DNA of 32,000 nucleotides from Mycoplasma mycoides subsp. capri (GTDB lineage Bacteria; Bacillota_I; Bacilli_A; Mycoplasmatales; Mycoplasmataceae): NCBI RefSeq assembly GCF_018389705.1, contig NZ_CP065581.1, positions 390,001 to 422,000 of the forward strand, read 5' to 3'. Shown piece by piece: positions 21,335 to 32,000 of this stretch (position 1 is its first letter; each line of letters starts with the position of its first letter). The notes under the pieces were generated by a model. It saw only the letters and a program-made list of their open reading frames with translations, ran no database searches and was not told where the DNA came from. The position numbers and the translations under genes were made by a program.

Positions 21335-21535
21335 AATTCCTCCTGTATAAAACTTAAAATCGGTTAGGATAAAAGTTTTATACTTTGATGTTTTATAACA
21401 AATTTTAAAAAAATGCAAAGTTTTTTAATTTCTAAAAAAGTGTATAATTTGGGAAAAACATTTTTAAATTTAAATAATATGTAAACTTTATTTTTAATAT
21501 TTTAAAATTAATATAGTAAAGAAAAAAGAGGGCTT

Positions 21536-22138
21536 ATGGATAAAAAAATAATTTATCTAGCAACAACTAATAAAAATAAAGTTAAAGAATTTAGTGAAAT
21601 TCTAAAAGATTATCAAATTAAAAGTTTATTAGACATACCAGAATATGTTGAAATAGAAGAAAATAAAAAAACATTTAAACAAAATGCCTTATTAAAAGCA
21701 AAACATTTAGCTAAATATATAAATGGAGTTGCAATTGGAGATGATACTGGAATTTGTGTTAAAGCTTTAAATGATTTTCCAGGAATTTATTCTAAAAGAT
21801 GAGCTTATCCTTTAACAAATCATTATGATATATGTAATAAATTGTTAGATAAACTAAAACATATAAATCAATTAAATAAAAGAAAAGCTTATATGACAAC
21901 AGCTATTGCTTTATATGATGCAATCAATAAAAAACAATTTGTATATCAAGCTAGAGTTAATGGATATATTGATTTTCAAGTTAATAAAAGTGAATTTGGT
22001 TTTGGTTATGATTTTATTTTTATTCCTAAAGGTTATGAGAAAGCTTATTCATTAATGAGTAGTGAGTTAAAAAATCAAATTTCAGCTAGAAAAAAAGCAA
22101 TAGATAGATTAATACAATATATTGATAATGTAAAATAA
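21536..22138 (+). CDS. rdgB: Non-canonical purine NTP pyrophosphatase (dITP/XTP pyrophosphatase, RdgB/HAM1 family), 200 aa
   Basis: This joins track ORFs 21536-21802 and 21842-22138 through TGA 21800. It carries the family motifs [36 protein letters not shown] and FGYDFIFIP. Confidence 0.85.
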
Positions 22139-22150
22139 TTAAGGATTTAT

Positions 22151-22696
22151 ATGAATAAAAGAAAAATTAATATTGTTTTATATCAACCAGAAATTGCTCA
22201 AAATGTTGGAGCAATTATGAGAACTTGTGTAGCTATTAATGCAAGATTACATATAATTGAACCATTAGGTTTTATTTTTGATGATCGTCATTTATCAAGA
22301 CCTAGTGCAAATGAGTATAAATATGTTGATTGTATTAGATATGATGATTGAAATGATTTTATAACTAAACATCCAAATATTACTTTATTTTGTTTATCTA
22401 GATATGGTCAAAAACCAATTTCTGACTTTGATTTTTCAAAAATTAATGATAATGTTTATTTAGTATTTGGAAAAGAATCAACTGGGATTGCAAAACCGAT
22501 TTTAAAAGAACATTACAATACAACTTTTAGAATACCAATGATAAGTGAAACTAGAAGCTTAAATATCGCAAATACTGTAGGAATTGCTAGTTATGAAGTT
22601 TTAAGACAATGAGACTATTTAGATTTAGTTAAATATGAAACTCAAAAAGGCAAAGATTATATTTTAAGTGAACGTTGAAAGGGAATTGAAGAATAA
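22151..22696 (+). CDS. trmL: SpoU/TrmH-family tRNA (cytidine/uridine-2'-O-)-methyltransferase TrmL (CspR/YibK-like), 181 aa
   Basis: Track ORF 22151-22351 is extended through TGA=Trp codons (22349, 22610, 22676) to TAA 22694-22696. It has INIVLYQPEIAQNVGAIMRTCVA, LVFGKESTGI and SLNIANTVGIASYEVLRQ, which are the SPOUT knot motifs. Confidence 0.75.
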
Positions 22697-23562
22697 TGAA
22701 CAATTATCCATACATTTTATCTGATCTTGATGGAACTATTTCTTTAAAAGATTTTTCTATTAGCAAAAAAACTATTAAAGTAATTAAAAAATATCAAAAA
22801 TTAAGTAATAACCGTTTTTCATTTTGTACAGGAAGAGTTGATGGTGCTAATAAAAAAATAGCAAAACAATTAAAAGTTAATTTACCTATAATTTCTTGTA
22901 ATGGAGCTTTAATTTCTAATTTAAAAACTAATGAAGTTTTACATGCTGATTATTTAAACAATAAACTAATAAGTGAGTTATTTAAATTAGCTCATGAGCA
23001 TGATATTGATATTGTTGGATATACTCATAATATGATGATTGGTACTTTTCATTCTGAAAGAGTGATTTCTTGACAAAACTATATGAATAAAACTAAGAAA
23101 AAATATCATTGAGAAATTAAAAAATATAATGATTTATTAGAAATTTCAAATGAATTAAAAAATAACAATTTAAAAATTGTTGAAGTAATTATTAGTTTAC
23201 AAAATCTTTCAGATGATAAAGCAAAAGAAAAATTAGATCTCATTAAAGAATGCATTAAAGATAAATTTGATTTAGTTCAATCACTACCAAAACTATTTAA
23301 CATTATGAAAAAAAAGACTAATAAGTTGTCTGGATTAAAACACTTTGCTAAAGCTTTAAATATTAACTATAAAGATATTATTGTGTTTGGAGATAATCAT
23401 AATGATATTGAAATGGTTAAAGGTGTTAAACAAGGATATTGTGTTGAAAATGGTGTTGATGAGCTTAAAAAAGTAGCATTTGAAGTTTGTGATAGTTTAG
23501 AAAATGATGGAGTAGCTAAGAAAATAGAACAAATTATTAAAGAAGTACAAAATCAAAAATAA
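22696..23562 (+). CDS. HAD-superfamily Cof-type (IIB) phosphatase, 288 aa
   Basis: ATG 22696 overlaps the trmL stop (TAATG). It joins track ORFs 22696-23073 and 23305-23562 through TGA 23071 and 23110. It has HAD motif I LSDLDGT, motif II-like FCTGR and motif IV GDNHNDIEM. Confidence 0.8.
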
Positions 23563-23613
23563 TTTATTTTAATTTCTTAATTAATATATTTAATTAAAAT
23601 TATTTAACATTTT

Positions 23614-23640
23614 AAGACCTTAAAGGTCTTTTTTATTTTT
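23614..23640 (+). terminator. Rho-independent terminator after the rdgB-trmL-HAD unit
   Basis: A stem pairs AAGACCT (23614-23620) with AGGTCTT (23624-23630), with loop TAA, followed by TTTTTATTTTT. Confidence 0.7.
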
Positions 23641-23667
23641 TTAGCACTCACTATATGCAATTGCTAA
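23641..23667 (+). promoter_or_regulatory. CIRCE operator (HrcA binding site) with degenerate right arm
   Basis: The sequence is TTAGCACTC-actatatgc-AATTGCTAA, against the consensus TTAGCACTC-N9-GAGTGCTAA. The left arm matches 9/9, the spacing is exact and the right arm matches 6/9. It lies immediately upstream of the -10 element and about 58 nt upstream of the clpB start. hrcA itself is the second gene of the downstream operon. Confidence 0.8.
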
Positions 23668-23672
23668 AAATG

Positions 23673-23681
23673 TGTTACAAT
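23673..23681 (+). promoter_or_regulatory. Extended -10 promoter element (TGtTACAAT) for the clpB-hrcA-grpE-dnaK-dnaJ operon
   Basis: TG-N-TACAAT lies at 23673-23681, between the terminator/CIRCE and RBS AAGGAG (23711-23716). There is no good -35, and CIRCE occupies that position. Confidence 0.45.
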
Positions 23682-23724
23682 AGAAATAGTTAAAAAAAGA
23701 ATTTAACTTAAAGGAGCTGAGATA

Positions 23725-25866
23725 GTGGAATTTCAAGAAAAAGGAAAAGTAACTGATGCTTTAAAAAAATATACAAGAGATCTAACAAAAGATGCTAAAG
23801 ATAATAAATTAGATCCTGTTATTGGAAGAGAAGAAGAAATTTCTCGTGTTATTCAAATACTATCTAGAAAAACAAAAAATAATCCAGTTTTAATTGGTGA
23901 ACCTGGAGTTGGTAAAACTGCTATTGTTGAAGGATTAGCTCAACGTATTGTTAAAGGTGATGTACCAACATTATTAAAAAACAAACGTATATTAGAACTT
24001 GATATGGGTAGTTTAATGGCTGGAGCTATGTATATGGGAGATTATGAGTCTCGTGTTAAAGCAGTTGTTAATGAAATTCAAAAATCTAATGGCGAAATCA
24101 TTTTATTTATTGATGAATTACACTTAATAGTTGGAGCTGGAAAGACTGGAAATAATAGTGGAATGGATGTTTCTAACTTATTAAAACCAGCGTTAGCTAG
24201 AGGTGAACTAAAAGCAATTGGTTCAACTACTTTAAATGAATATCGTCAATATATAGAAAAAGATGCTGCTTTAGAAAGAAGATTTCAAAGAGTTTTAGTT
24301 AGTGAACCAACTATTGATCAAACTATTTCAATTTTAAGAGGATTAAAAGATCGATTTGAAACTTATCATGGAGTAAGAATTCACGATAATGCCTTAGTTT
24401 CAGCTGCTAAGTTATCTAGTAGATATATAACTGATAGATATTTACCAGATAAAGCTATTGATTTAGTTGATGAAGCTTGCGCTTCTATTAGAACAGAATT
24501 AGCAAGCGTTCCAATTGAACTAGATCAAGTTAATAGAAAAGTAATGCAATTAGAAATTGAAACATCTGCTTTAGAAAAAGAAAAAGATGACAAGTCTAAA
24601 GAAAGATGACAAGAAGCTAAAAAAGAATTAGATAGTTTAAAAATTGAACAAGCTAGTTTAAATGAAAAATGAGAAAAAGAAAAAGAAGAACTAAGTAGAA
24701 TTAATTCAGTCAAATCAAGTATTGAAAGTTTAAAACAAGAATTAGAAACTGCTCAAAATGATGGAAATTATAAAAGAGCTGGAGAAATTCAATACTCATT
24801 ATTACCATCACTTGAAAAAAGTTTAGCTTTATTTGAAAAACAAACCGGATCAAAAATGATTTCAGAAGAAGTGACTGAACATGAAATTGCAAAAGTTGTT
24901 TCAAAATCAACAGGAATTTTAGTTGATAGATTAATTTCTTCAGAAAAAGAAAAGCTTTTAAATCTAGAAGATCTATTAAAAAAATATGTTAAAGGTCAAG
25001 ATCAAGCTATTAAAGCAGTAACTTCTGCAATTATGAGAAGTAGAAGTGGAATTAAAAATCCAGATAAACCAATTGGTAGCTTTTTATTTTTAGGACCAAC
25101 TGGAGTTGGAAAGACTGAAGTTGCAAGAAGTTTAGCTGATATTTTATTTAATTCACCTAAAAAAATGATTAGACTTGATATGAGTGAATATATGGAAAAA
25201 CATTCTGTTGCTAAATTAATTGGTGCTCCTCCTGGATATGTTGGGTATGAAGAAGGTGGAAGATTAACTGAAGCTGTTAGAAGAAATCCTTATTCAATTG
25301 TTTTATTTGATGAAATTGAAAAAGCTCATACTGATGTATTTAACATTTTATTACAAATACTAGATGATGGAAGATTAACGGATTCACTAGGAAAAACTAT
25401 TGATTTTAAAAATACAATTATTGTAATGACTTCAAATATAGCTAGTCAATATTTATTAACTTCAGATGAATTAGTTCAAGTTGATGATCAAAAAATTCAA
25501 GAAGAATTAAATAAAGTATTTAGACCTGAATTTTTAAATAGAATTGATAATATTGTGTATTTTAATGCTTTATCAGTACAAACAATTGGTGAAATAGTTG
25601 ATAAAGTTTTAGAAGAATTATCAACAAGATTACAAGATGAACAAAACTATTTTATTAATTTTTCAGAAGAAGCTAGAAATAAGATTATAAATGAAGGTTA
25701 TGATAGATTATTTGGTGCTAGACCTATTAAAAGATATATTGAAAAAAATATAGAAACGTTAATTGCTCATTATATTATTAGTGGAGAAGTTGTTGAAAAT
25801 ACTAGATATTTAATTGATGTTAAAAATAATCAGTTTACATTAGAAGAGTTTAAACAATTTAATTAA
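23725..25866 (+). CDS. clpB: ClpB disaggregase (AAA+ chaperone), short form lacking the N-terminal domain, 713 aa, GTG start
   Basis: This joins track ORFs 23725-24609 and 24856-25866 through TGA 24607 and 24670 (gap hand-checked). NBD1 has GEPGVGKT and ILFIDELH. A coiled-coil middle domain follows. NBD2 has GPTGVGKT and [10 protein letters not shown]. The protein begins directly at ..[27 protein letters not shown].., the conserved NBD1 entry. RBS AAGGAG lies 8 nt upstream of the GTG. Confidence 0.9.
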
Positions 25867-25870
25867 GACT

Positions 25871-26893
25871 ATGCTAACAAATAGGCAAATTAAAATTTTA
25901 CAAACAATTGTTGAAGAGTTTATAAAAACTAATCAACCAGTTGGATCTAAAAGAATTTTAGAACTATTAAATATGAAAATATCTTCAGCAACAATTAGAA
26001 ACGAATCTGCAACTTTAGAACATGAAGGTTATTTAGAAAAACAACACACTTCAAGTGGAAGAACACCCTCAACTAAAGGTTATAGATATTATGTTGATAA
26101 TATTATGAAACTAGATTCAGCTGACTACACTAGATTAAAAATTTATTTAAACCAGTTATTAGATTTAAGAAAATATGATATTGATAAAACAATTAATTAT
26201 GCTAGTGAAATTATTAGTGAATTAACTAAAATGACAGCTGTTGTAATTAAAAAACAAAACATAAAAGATATTAAGTTAAAAAAAATTGAACTAATATTAC
26301 TATCAGAATTTTTAGCAAGTGTGTTATTTATTTTTTCTGATGGTGATGTGCAAAATAAAATGTTTAATTTAAAAGATGTTGCTTTATCTGATTTAAAGAT
26401 TGCTATTAAATTATTTTCAGATGTTTTAGTTGATGTTAAATTAGATGAAATAGATCAATATTTAAATGACTTAAAACACCAATTATCTTTAAGTATTAAA
26501 CAATATGACTATGTTTTAAATACATTTATAAATACTATTTTAGAATCAAAAAATGAACAAAAAGAAACTCATGGAATGAGATATATGTTAGAAAATCCTG
26601 AGTTTAACGATACTAATAAATTAAAAAATGCAGTTAAATTAGTTGAACAATTATCTCCTTTTGATTGGTTTAATATTGCTTATGAATCTAATAAAAATAT
26701 GAATAAAATAGCAATTAAAATTGGTAATGAAATCGATCAAATAAATGATGATATTTCAATGATTGCAACAGAATTAAAAATTGGTAATTCTTCTACTGTT
26801 TTAACTTTAGTAGGTCCAAAAAGAGTAGATTATAATCAAGTAAATCAATTAATGAATTTAATTATTGAAATTATTAATACAAAGGAGAATTAA
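25871..26893 (+). CDS. hrcA: Heat-inducible transcription repressor HrcA, 340 aa
   Basis: This is an intact track ORF. The N-terminal winged-helix signature is [36 protein letters not shown]...LE..GYLEK.HTSSGR.P. It starts 4 nt after the clpB stop, in the canonical position before grpE-dnaK. Confidence 0.9.
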   Translation: MLTNRQIKILQTIVEEFIKTNQPVGSKRILELLNMKISSATIRNESATLEHEGYLEKQHTSSGRTPSTKGYRYYVDNIMKLDSADYTRLKIYLNQLLDLRKYDIDKTINYASEIISELTKMTAVVIKKQNIKDIKLKKIELILLSEFLASVLFIFSDGDVQNKMFNLKDVALSDLKIAIKLFSDVLVDVKLDEIDQYLNDLKHQLSLSIKQYDYVLNTFINTILESKNEQKETHGMRYMLENPEFNDTNKLKNAVKLVEQLSPFDWFNIAYESNKNMNKIAIKIGNEIDQINDDISMIATELKIGNSSTVLTLVGPKRVDYNQVNQLMNLIIEIINTKEN

Positions 26894-26894
26894 G

Positions 26895-27497
26895 ATGACT
26901 GAAGAATTAAAAAATAAAAAAAATAATAAAAAATACTATAGTCAAAATAGAAATAAAACAAAAGCTGAATTTCAAAAAGCTCATATTAAAAAAAATCAGT
27001 ATTTAAACTTAAAAAGAAAATTTAATAATGTTTTATTAGAAGTTCAAAATTTAAAAGAATTAAATGAAACTTTAAAAAAAGAACTTGAATCTGAAAAACA
27101 ACTTAATTTAGCTGAAATTAGTAATTTAACTAAAAAGTATAATCAAAAAGAATTAGAAACTAAAAAATATGGTGCTAGTAATTTAGCAAAAGATTTAATT
27201 CAACCTTTAGAAATTTTAAAAAAAGTTGTTAATGCTCCTAATAATAATGAAGTTGTTCAAGCTTATGTTAAAGGGTTTGAAATGATAATAAATCAAATAA
27301 ATAACGTTTTAGAATCACATCATATTAAAGCTATGAATGTTAAAGTTGGTGATATGTTTAATCCACACCTTCATGATGCTAATGAAGCAGTTGAAACAGA
27401 TATGTATCAAACAAATCAAATTGTTGGTGTTTTAAGTGATGGATATATGATTCATGATAAAGTACTAGTTTATGCAATAGTTAAAGTTGCAAAATAA
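26895..27497 (+). CDS. grpE: Nucleotide exchange factor GrpE, 200 aa
   Basis: The start is chosen at ATG 26895, with RBS AAGGAG (26882-26887) 7 nt upstream, rather than at the track's 26865, which overlaps hrcA. It has an N-terminal coiled coil. The C-terminal signature is ..G..FNP..H.A......([25 protein letters not shown]). Confidence 0.85.
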   Translation: MTEELKNKKNNKKYYSQNRNKTKAEFQKAHIKKNQYLNLKRKFNNVLLEVQNLKELNETLKKELESEKQLNLAEISNLTKKYNQKELETKKYGASNLAKDLIQPLEILKKVVNAPNNNEVVQAYVKGFEMIINQINNVLESHHIKAMNVKVGDMFNPHLHDANEAVETDMYQTNQIVGVLSDGYMIHDKVLVYAIVKVAK

Positions 27498-27517
27498 AAA
27501 CAATAATAAATAAATAA

Positions 27518-29329
<1,812 letters not shown>

Positions 29330-29343
29330 TCAGAAAAATATAT

Positions 29344-29375
29344 AAAAACTAACATTAGTTAGTTTTTGTTTTTAT
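29344..29375 (+). terminator. AT-rich hairpin plus T-run between dnaK and dnaJ (weak terminator or attenuator)
   Basis: A perfect 10-bp stem pairs AAAAACTAAC (29344-29353) with GTTAGTTTTT (29358-29367), with loop ATTA, followed by GTTTTTAT. Only 2 of the 10 pairs are G-C, so I expect it to be leaky. Confidence 0.45.
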
Positions 29376-29392
29376 AGAAAAGAAGAGAGAAT

Positions 29393-30511
29393 ATGAAAAA
29401 AAAGGATTATTATGAAGTTTTAGGTGTATCAAAAACTGCTAGTGAACAAGAAATCAGACAAGCTTATAGAAAACTTGCAAAACAATATCATCCTGATTTA
29501 AATAAATCTCCAGATGCTCATGATAAAATGGTTGAAATTAATGAAGCAGCTGATGTATTACTAGATAAAGATAAAAGAAAGCAATATGATCAATTTGGAC
29601 ATAATGCTTTTGATGGATCTTCTGGATTTTCTTCAAACTTTGCTGATTTTGAAGATTTATTTTCTAATATGGGTTCATCTGGCTTTTCATCTTTTACTAA
29701 TATATTTTCTGATTTTTTTGGATCTAATAAATCTGATTATCAAAGATCAACTAAAGGACAAAGTGTCAGTGTAGATATTTATTTGACATTTAAAGAACTT
29801 TTATTTGGTGTTGATAAAATAATTGAATTAGATTTACTAACAAATTGTAGTGTTTGTTTTGGAAGTGGTGCTGAATCAAATAGTGATATAAGCATTTGTA
29901 ATAACTGTCATGGAACTGGTGAAGTTTTAATTCAAAAAAATATGGGATTTTTCCAATTTCAACAATCAGCTAAATGTAATGTATGTAATGGTGCTGGAAA
30001 AATTATTAAAAATAAATGTAAAAACTGTAAAGGTAAGGGTAAATATTTAGAAAGACAAAAAATTGAAGTTAATATTCCAAAAGGAATTAGACCAAATCAA
30101 CAAATTAAACTTTCTCAAAAAGGTCATGCTTCAATAAATAATGGAGTTAATGGTGATTTAATTATTGATATTTATTTAAAAGAATCTAAAGTATTTGAAA
30201 TTGTTAATAATAATGATATTTTAATGACTTATAATATTAGTTATTTAGATTCGATTTTAGGAAATGAGATTATAATTAAAACTTTAGATGGTGATATTAA
30301 ATATAAATTACCAAAATCAATTAATTCTAATGAATTTATTATTATTAATAATAAAGGATTATATAAATCTATAAATAAAGATAAAAGAGGAGATTTAATA
30401 ATCAAAGTAAATATAGTAGTTCCTAAAAACTTAAACAAAAAAGAAAAAGAATTAATAGAACAAATTTATGAACAAACTTCATTTAATCCAGAAAATAATA
30501 TAGATCAATAA
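29393..30511 (+). CDS. dnaJ: Co-chaperone DnaJ (Hsp40), 372 aa
   Basis: This is an intact track ORF. It has a J domain with HPD (..KQYHPDLNK..) and a G/F-rich region. It has four CxxCxGxG zinc-finger repeats: [24 protein letters not shown] and CKNCKGKG. Confidence 0.95.
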   Translation: MKKKDYYEVLGVSKTASEQEIRQAYRKLAKQYHPDLNKSPDAHDKMVEINEAADVLLDKDKRKQYDQFGHNAFDGSSGFSSNFADFEDLFSNMGSSGFSSFTNIFSDFFGSNKSDYQRSTKGQSVSVDIYLTFKELLFGVDKIIELDLLTNCSVCFGSGAESNSDISICNNCHGTGEVLIQKNMGFFQFQQSAKCNVCNGAGKIIKNKCKNCKGKGKYLERQKIEVNIPKGIRPNQQIKLSQKGHASINNGVNGDLIIDIYLKESKVFEIVNNNDILMTYNISYLDSILGNEIIIKTLDGDIKYKLPKSINSNEFIIINNKGLYKSINKDKRGDLIIKVNIVVPKNLNKKEKELIEQIYEQTSFNPENNIDQ

Positions 30512-30535
30512 GCAGATTATATTTCTGCTTTTTTA
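30511..30535 (+). terminator. Rho-independent terminator after dnaJ
   Basis: A stem pairs AGCAGA (30511-30516) with TCTGCT (30524-30529), with loop TTATATT, followed by T6. It begins at the last base of the dnaJ stop codon. Confidence 0.65.
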
Positions 30536-30556
30536 ATTAATGCTTTTGTTTATTAA

Positions 30557-30584
30557 TTGTAAAATTAGAAAAAATTGATAAAAT
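30557..30584 (+). promoter_or_regulatory. Candidate promoter of rpsB-tsf (-35 TTGTAA, 16-nt spacer, extended -10 TGaTAAAAT)
   Basis: TTGTAA is at 30557-30562 and TG-A-TAAAAT at 30576-30584. This would give a ~125-130-nt 5' leader before ATG 30718. AT-rich DNA yields many -10 look-alikes, so confidence is low. Confidence 0.35.
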
Positions 30585-30717
30585 ATAAAAGTTGGTTAAT
30601 TTTAAAAAAAATTATTCAATCAAAAATAAGGATTCATTTTCCTAGTGCTCAAATTAAATAAAAAGAGTGGAAAATGTTCGAATTATTTTGAAGTTTAACA
30701 AATAAAGAAAGGCTATT

Positions 30718-31596
30718 ATGTCAAGAGAAATAACAAGAGAAGAATTATCTGCAGCTGGAGTTCAATATGGACACCAAACTAAAAGATGAAATCCTAAAAT
30801 GAAATCTTATATTTATGGAGTAAAAAATAAAAATCACATTATTGATTTAGAAAAAACTATTACTCATTTAAATACAGCTCAAAAATTATTAGAAACTTTA
30901 GGAAGCAAACAACAAAAAATTTTATTTGTAGGAACTAAACGTTCTGGAAAAAATGCTGTTAAAGAAGCAGCTTTAAGAAGTGGAAATTTCTATATTAATA
31001 ATAGATGATTAGGTGGAACTTTAACTAATTTAAAAACTATTTTAATTAGAATTAAAGCTTTATGAGAAATTGAAGAAGAAGAAAAAAAAGGTCGTTTATC
31101 TTTAAGAACTAAAAAAGAACAAATTAAAATTTTAAAAGAAAAAGCTAAATTAGAAAAAGCACTTGGTGGAATTAAACAAATGCATAAATTACCAGCAGCT
31201 ATTGTTGTTGTTGATCCAAAAGGTGATGAAATTGCTGTTAAAGAAGCAAAAAAATTAAACATTCCTGTAATTGCTATTTGTGATACTAATGCTGATCCTG
31301 ATATGATTGATTATGTAATTCCTGGAAATGATGATTTACAAGAATCAGTAAACTTGATTATTAACATTTTAGTTGAAGCATATGCTGAAGGTGCTCAAAT
31401 TAAAATGAATCCTTCAGTTTTAAAAACTGTTGCTCCAAAAAGAGAACCAAGACAAAATAGAGTTATGACACCAGTTGTTGAAAATCAATCTGCTGAACAA
31501 CAAGCTAGTGAAAATGTTTCAAACACACAAGTTTCAAACGAACCTGTAACTCCAGTAGTTGAAGTTGAAAAATCAAGTGAACCAAAAGCTGAATAA
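30718..31596 (+). CDS. rpsB: 30S ribosomal protein S2, 292 aa (with acidic/low-complexity C-terminal extension)
   Basis: ATG 30718 is followed by [28 protein letters not shown]... It joins track ORFs 30799-31008 and 31180-31596 through TGA=Trp at 30787, 31006 and 31063. It carries LFVGTKR and [37 protein letters not shown]. Confidence 0.95.
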
Positions 31597-31607
31597 GGAG
31601 AAAAAAT

Positions 31608-32000
31608 ATGGCAGTAGATGCAAAATTAATTAAAGAATTACGTGAAATCACTCAAGCAGGAATGATGGATTGTAAAAAAGCTTTGGAAGCAAGTGATAAT
31701 AATATTGATAATGCTATTGTTTGATTAAGAGAAAATGGTTTAGCAAAAGCTGCTAAAAAAACTGATAGAGTTGCAGCTGAAGGAATTGTTTTAGCAAAAG
31801 AAAATGATCAAAAAATTGTAATTTTAGAAGTTAATTCAGAAACTGATTTTGTTGCAAAAAATGACAAATTTTTAAGTTTAGTTGATGAAATTGCTAATGC
31901 TTTATTAAATTCAAATGCTTCAAGTTTAGAAGAAGGTTTACAAGTAAAAACTAATTCTGGATTAACTATTGAACAAAGCTTAATTTCAGCAACTGCTACA
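31608..32000 (+). CDS. tsf: Elongation factor Ts, 5' part (3' end beyond window)
   Basis: ATG 31608 lies after RBS AAGGAG (31595-31600). The product begins [51 protein letters not shown]..., which is the UBA-like N-terminal domain of EF-Ts. TGA 31724 sits at the conserved Trp. Confidence 0.93.

Noticed and set aside
21443-21448. TATAAT at 21443-21448, preceded by GTG, looked like the rdgB promoter.
   Set aside because: It is plausible but not reportable. At least three other -10-like hexamers occur in the 116-nt AT-rich gap, and no -35 or start-site evidence distinguishes them.
24525-24910. Minus-strand ORFs 24525-24713 and 24710-24910 lie within clpB. Others lie in or against dnaJ, rpsB and MIB/MIP: 29586-29774 (+), 30241-30438 (-), 30990-31262 (-) and 2036-2266 (-).
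   Set aside because: They overlap conserved genes in other frames or on the other strand and have no independent support.
26865-26894. A longer grpE start at 26865 ([10 protein letters not shown]-) is given in the ORF track.
   Set aside because: It overlaps the hrcA 3' end and lacks an RBS. ATG 26895 has AAGGAG 7 nt upstream and follows the hrcA stop by 1 nt.
30643-30670. TAGTGCTC..N14..GAGTGG in the rpsB leader resembles a CIRCE half-site pair.
   Set aside because: The arms read TAGTGCTC rather than TTAGCACTC, the spacing is 14 nt rather than 9, and the right arm lacks GCTAA. It is better explained as part of a leader RNA hairpin. rpsB is not a heat-shock gene.

Overview
This is an extremely AT-rich Mollicutes chromosome segment, most like the Mycoplasma mycoides cluster / Spiroplasma-group. 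It must be read with genetic code 4 (TGA=Trp). In-frame TGA codons fall at conserved Trp positions: DnaK ..EEIIKWLLGK.., ribosomal protein S2 ..TKRWNPKM.. and ..NNRWLGGTLTN.., EF-Ts ..AIVWLRENG... The supplied standard-code ORF track is therefore fragmented. I re-joined same-phase fragments after checking codon by codon that only TGA, never TAA/TAG, separates them.

Layout:
(1) 1-13351, + strand. A nine-gene, terminator-free block: an immunoglobulin-binding protein (MIB-like, 5' end cut by the window), a DUF31-type Ig protease lipoprotein (MIP-like, interrupted by a frame change near nt 2800), and a seven-gene F1-like ATPase cluster. The cluster has alpha-like and beta-like subunits with intact Walker motifs, gamma-like and epsilon-like candidates, a 12-TM membrane protein, a 164-aa orphan and a 775-aa surface-exposed membrane protein. 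It has no Fo a/b/c or delta genes.
(2) 13367-21334, - strand. Three tandem paralogous ~830-845-aa lipoprotein genes. Copies A and B share a near-identical promoter, 5'UTR and signal-peptide cassette. Each copy has a related palindromic terminator.
(3) 21536-32000, + strand. Housekeeping genes rdgB, trmL and a Cof-type HAD phosphatase. Then a single CIRCE operator in front of a fused heat-shock operon clpB-hrcA-grpE-dnaK-dnaJ. Then rpsB and the 5' part of tsf.

I could not recognise any rRNA, tRNA, CRISPR array, IS element or phage gene. The most interesting content is the MIB-MIP / type-3 F1-like ATPase module. The physical and mechanistic coupling between its parts is not established.
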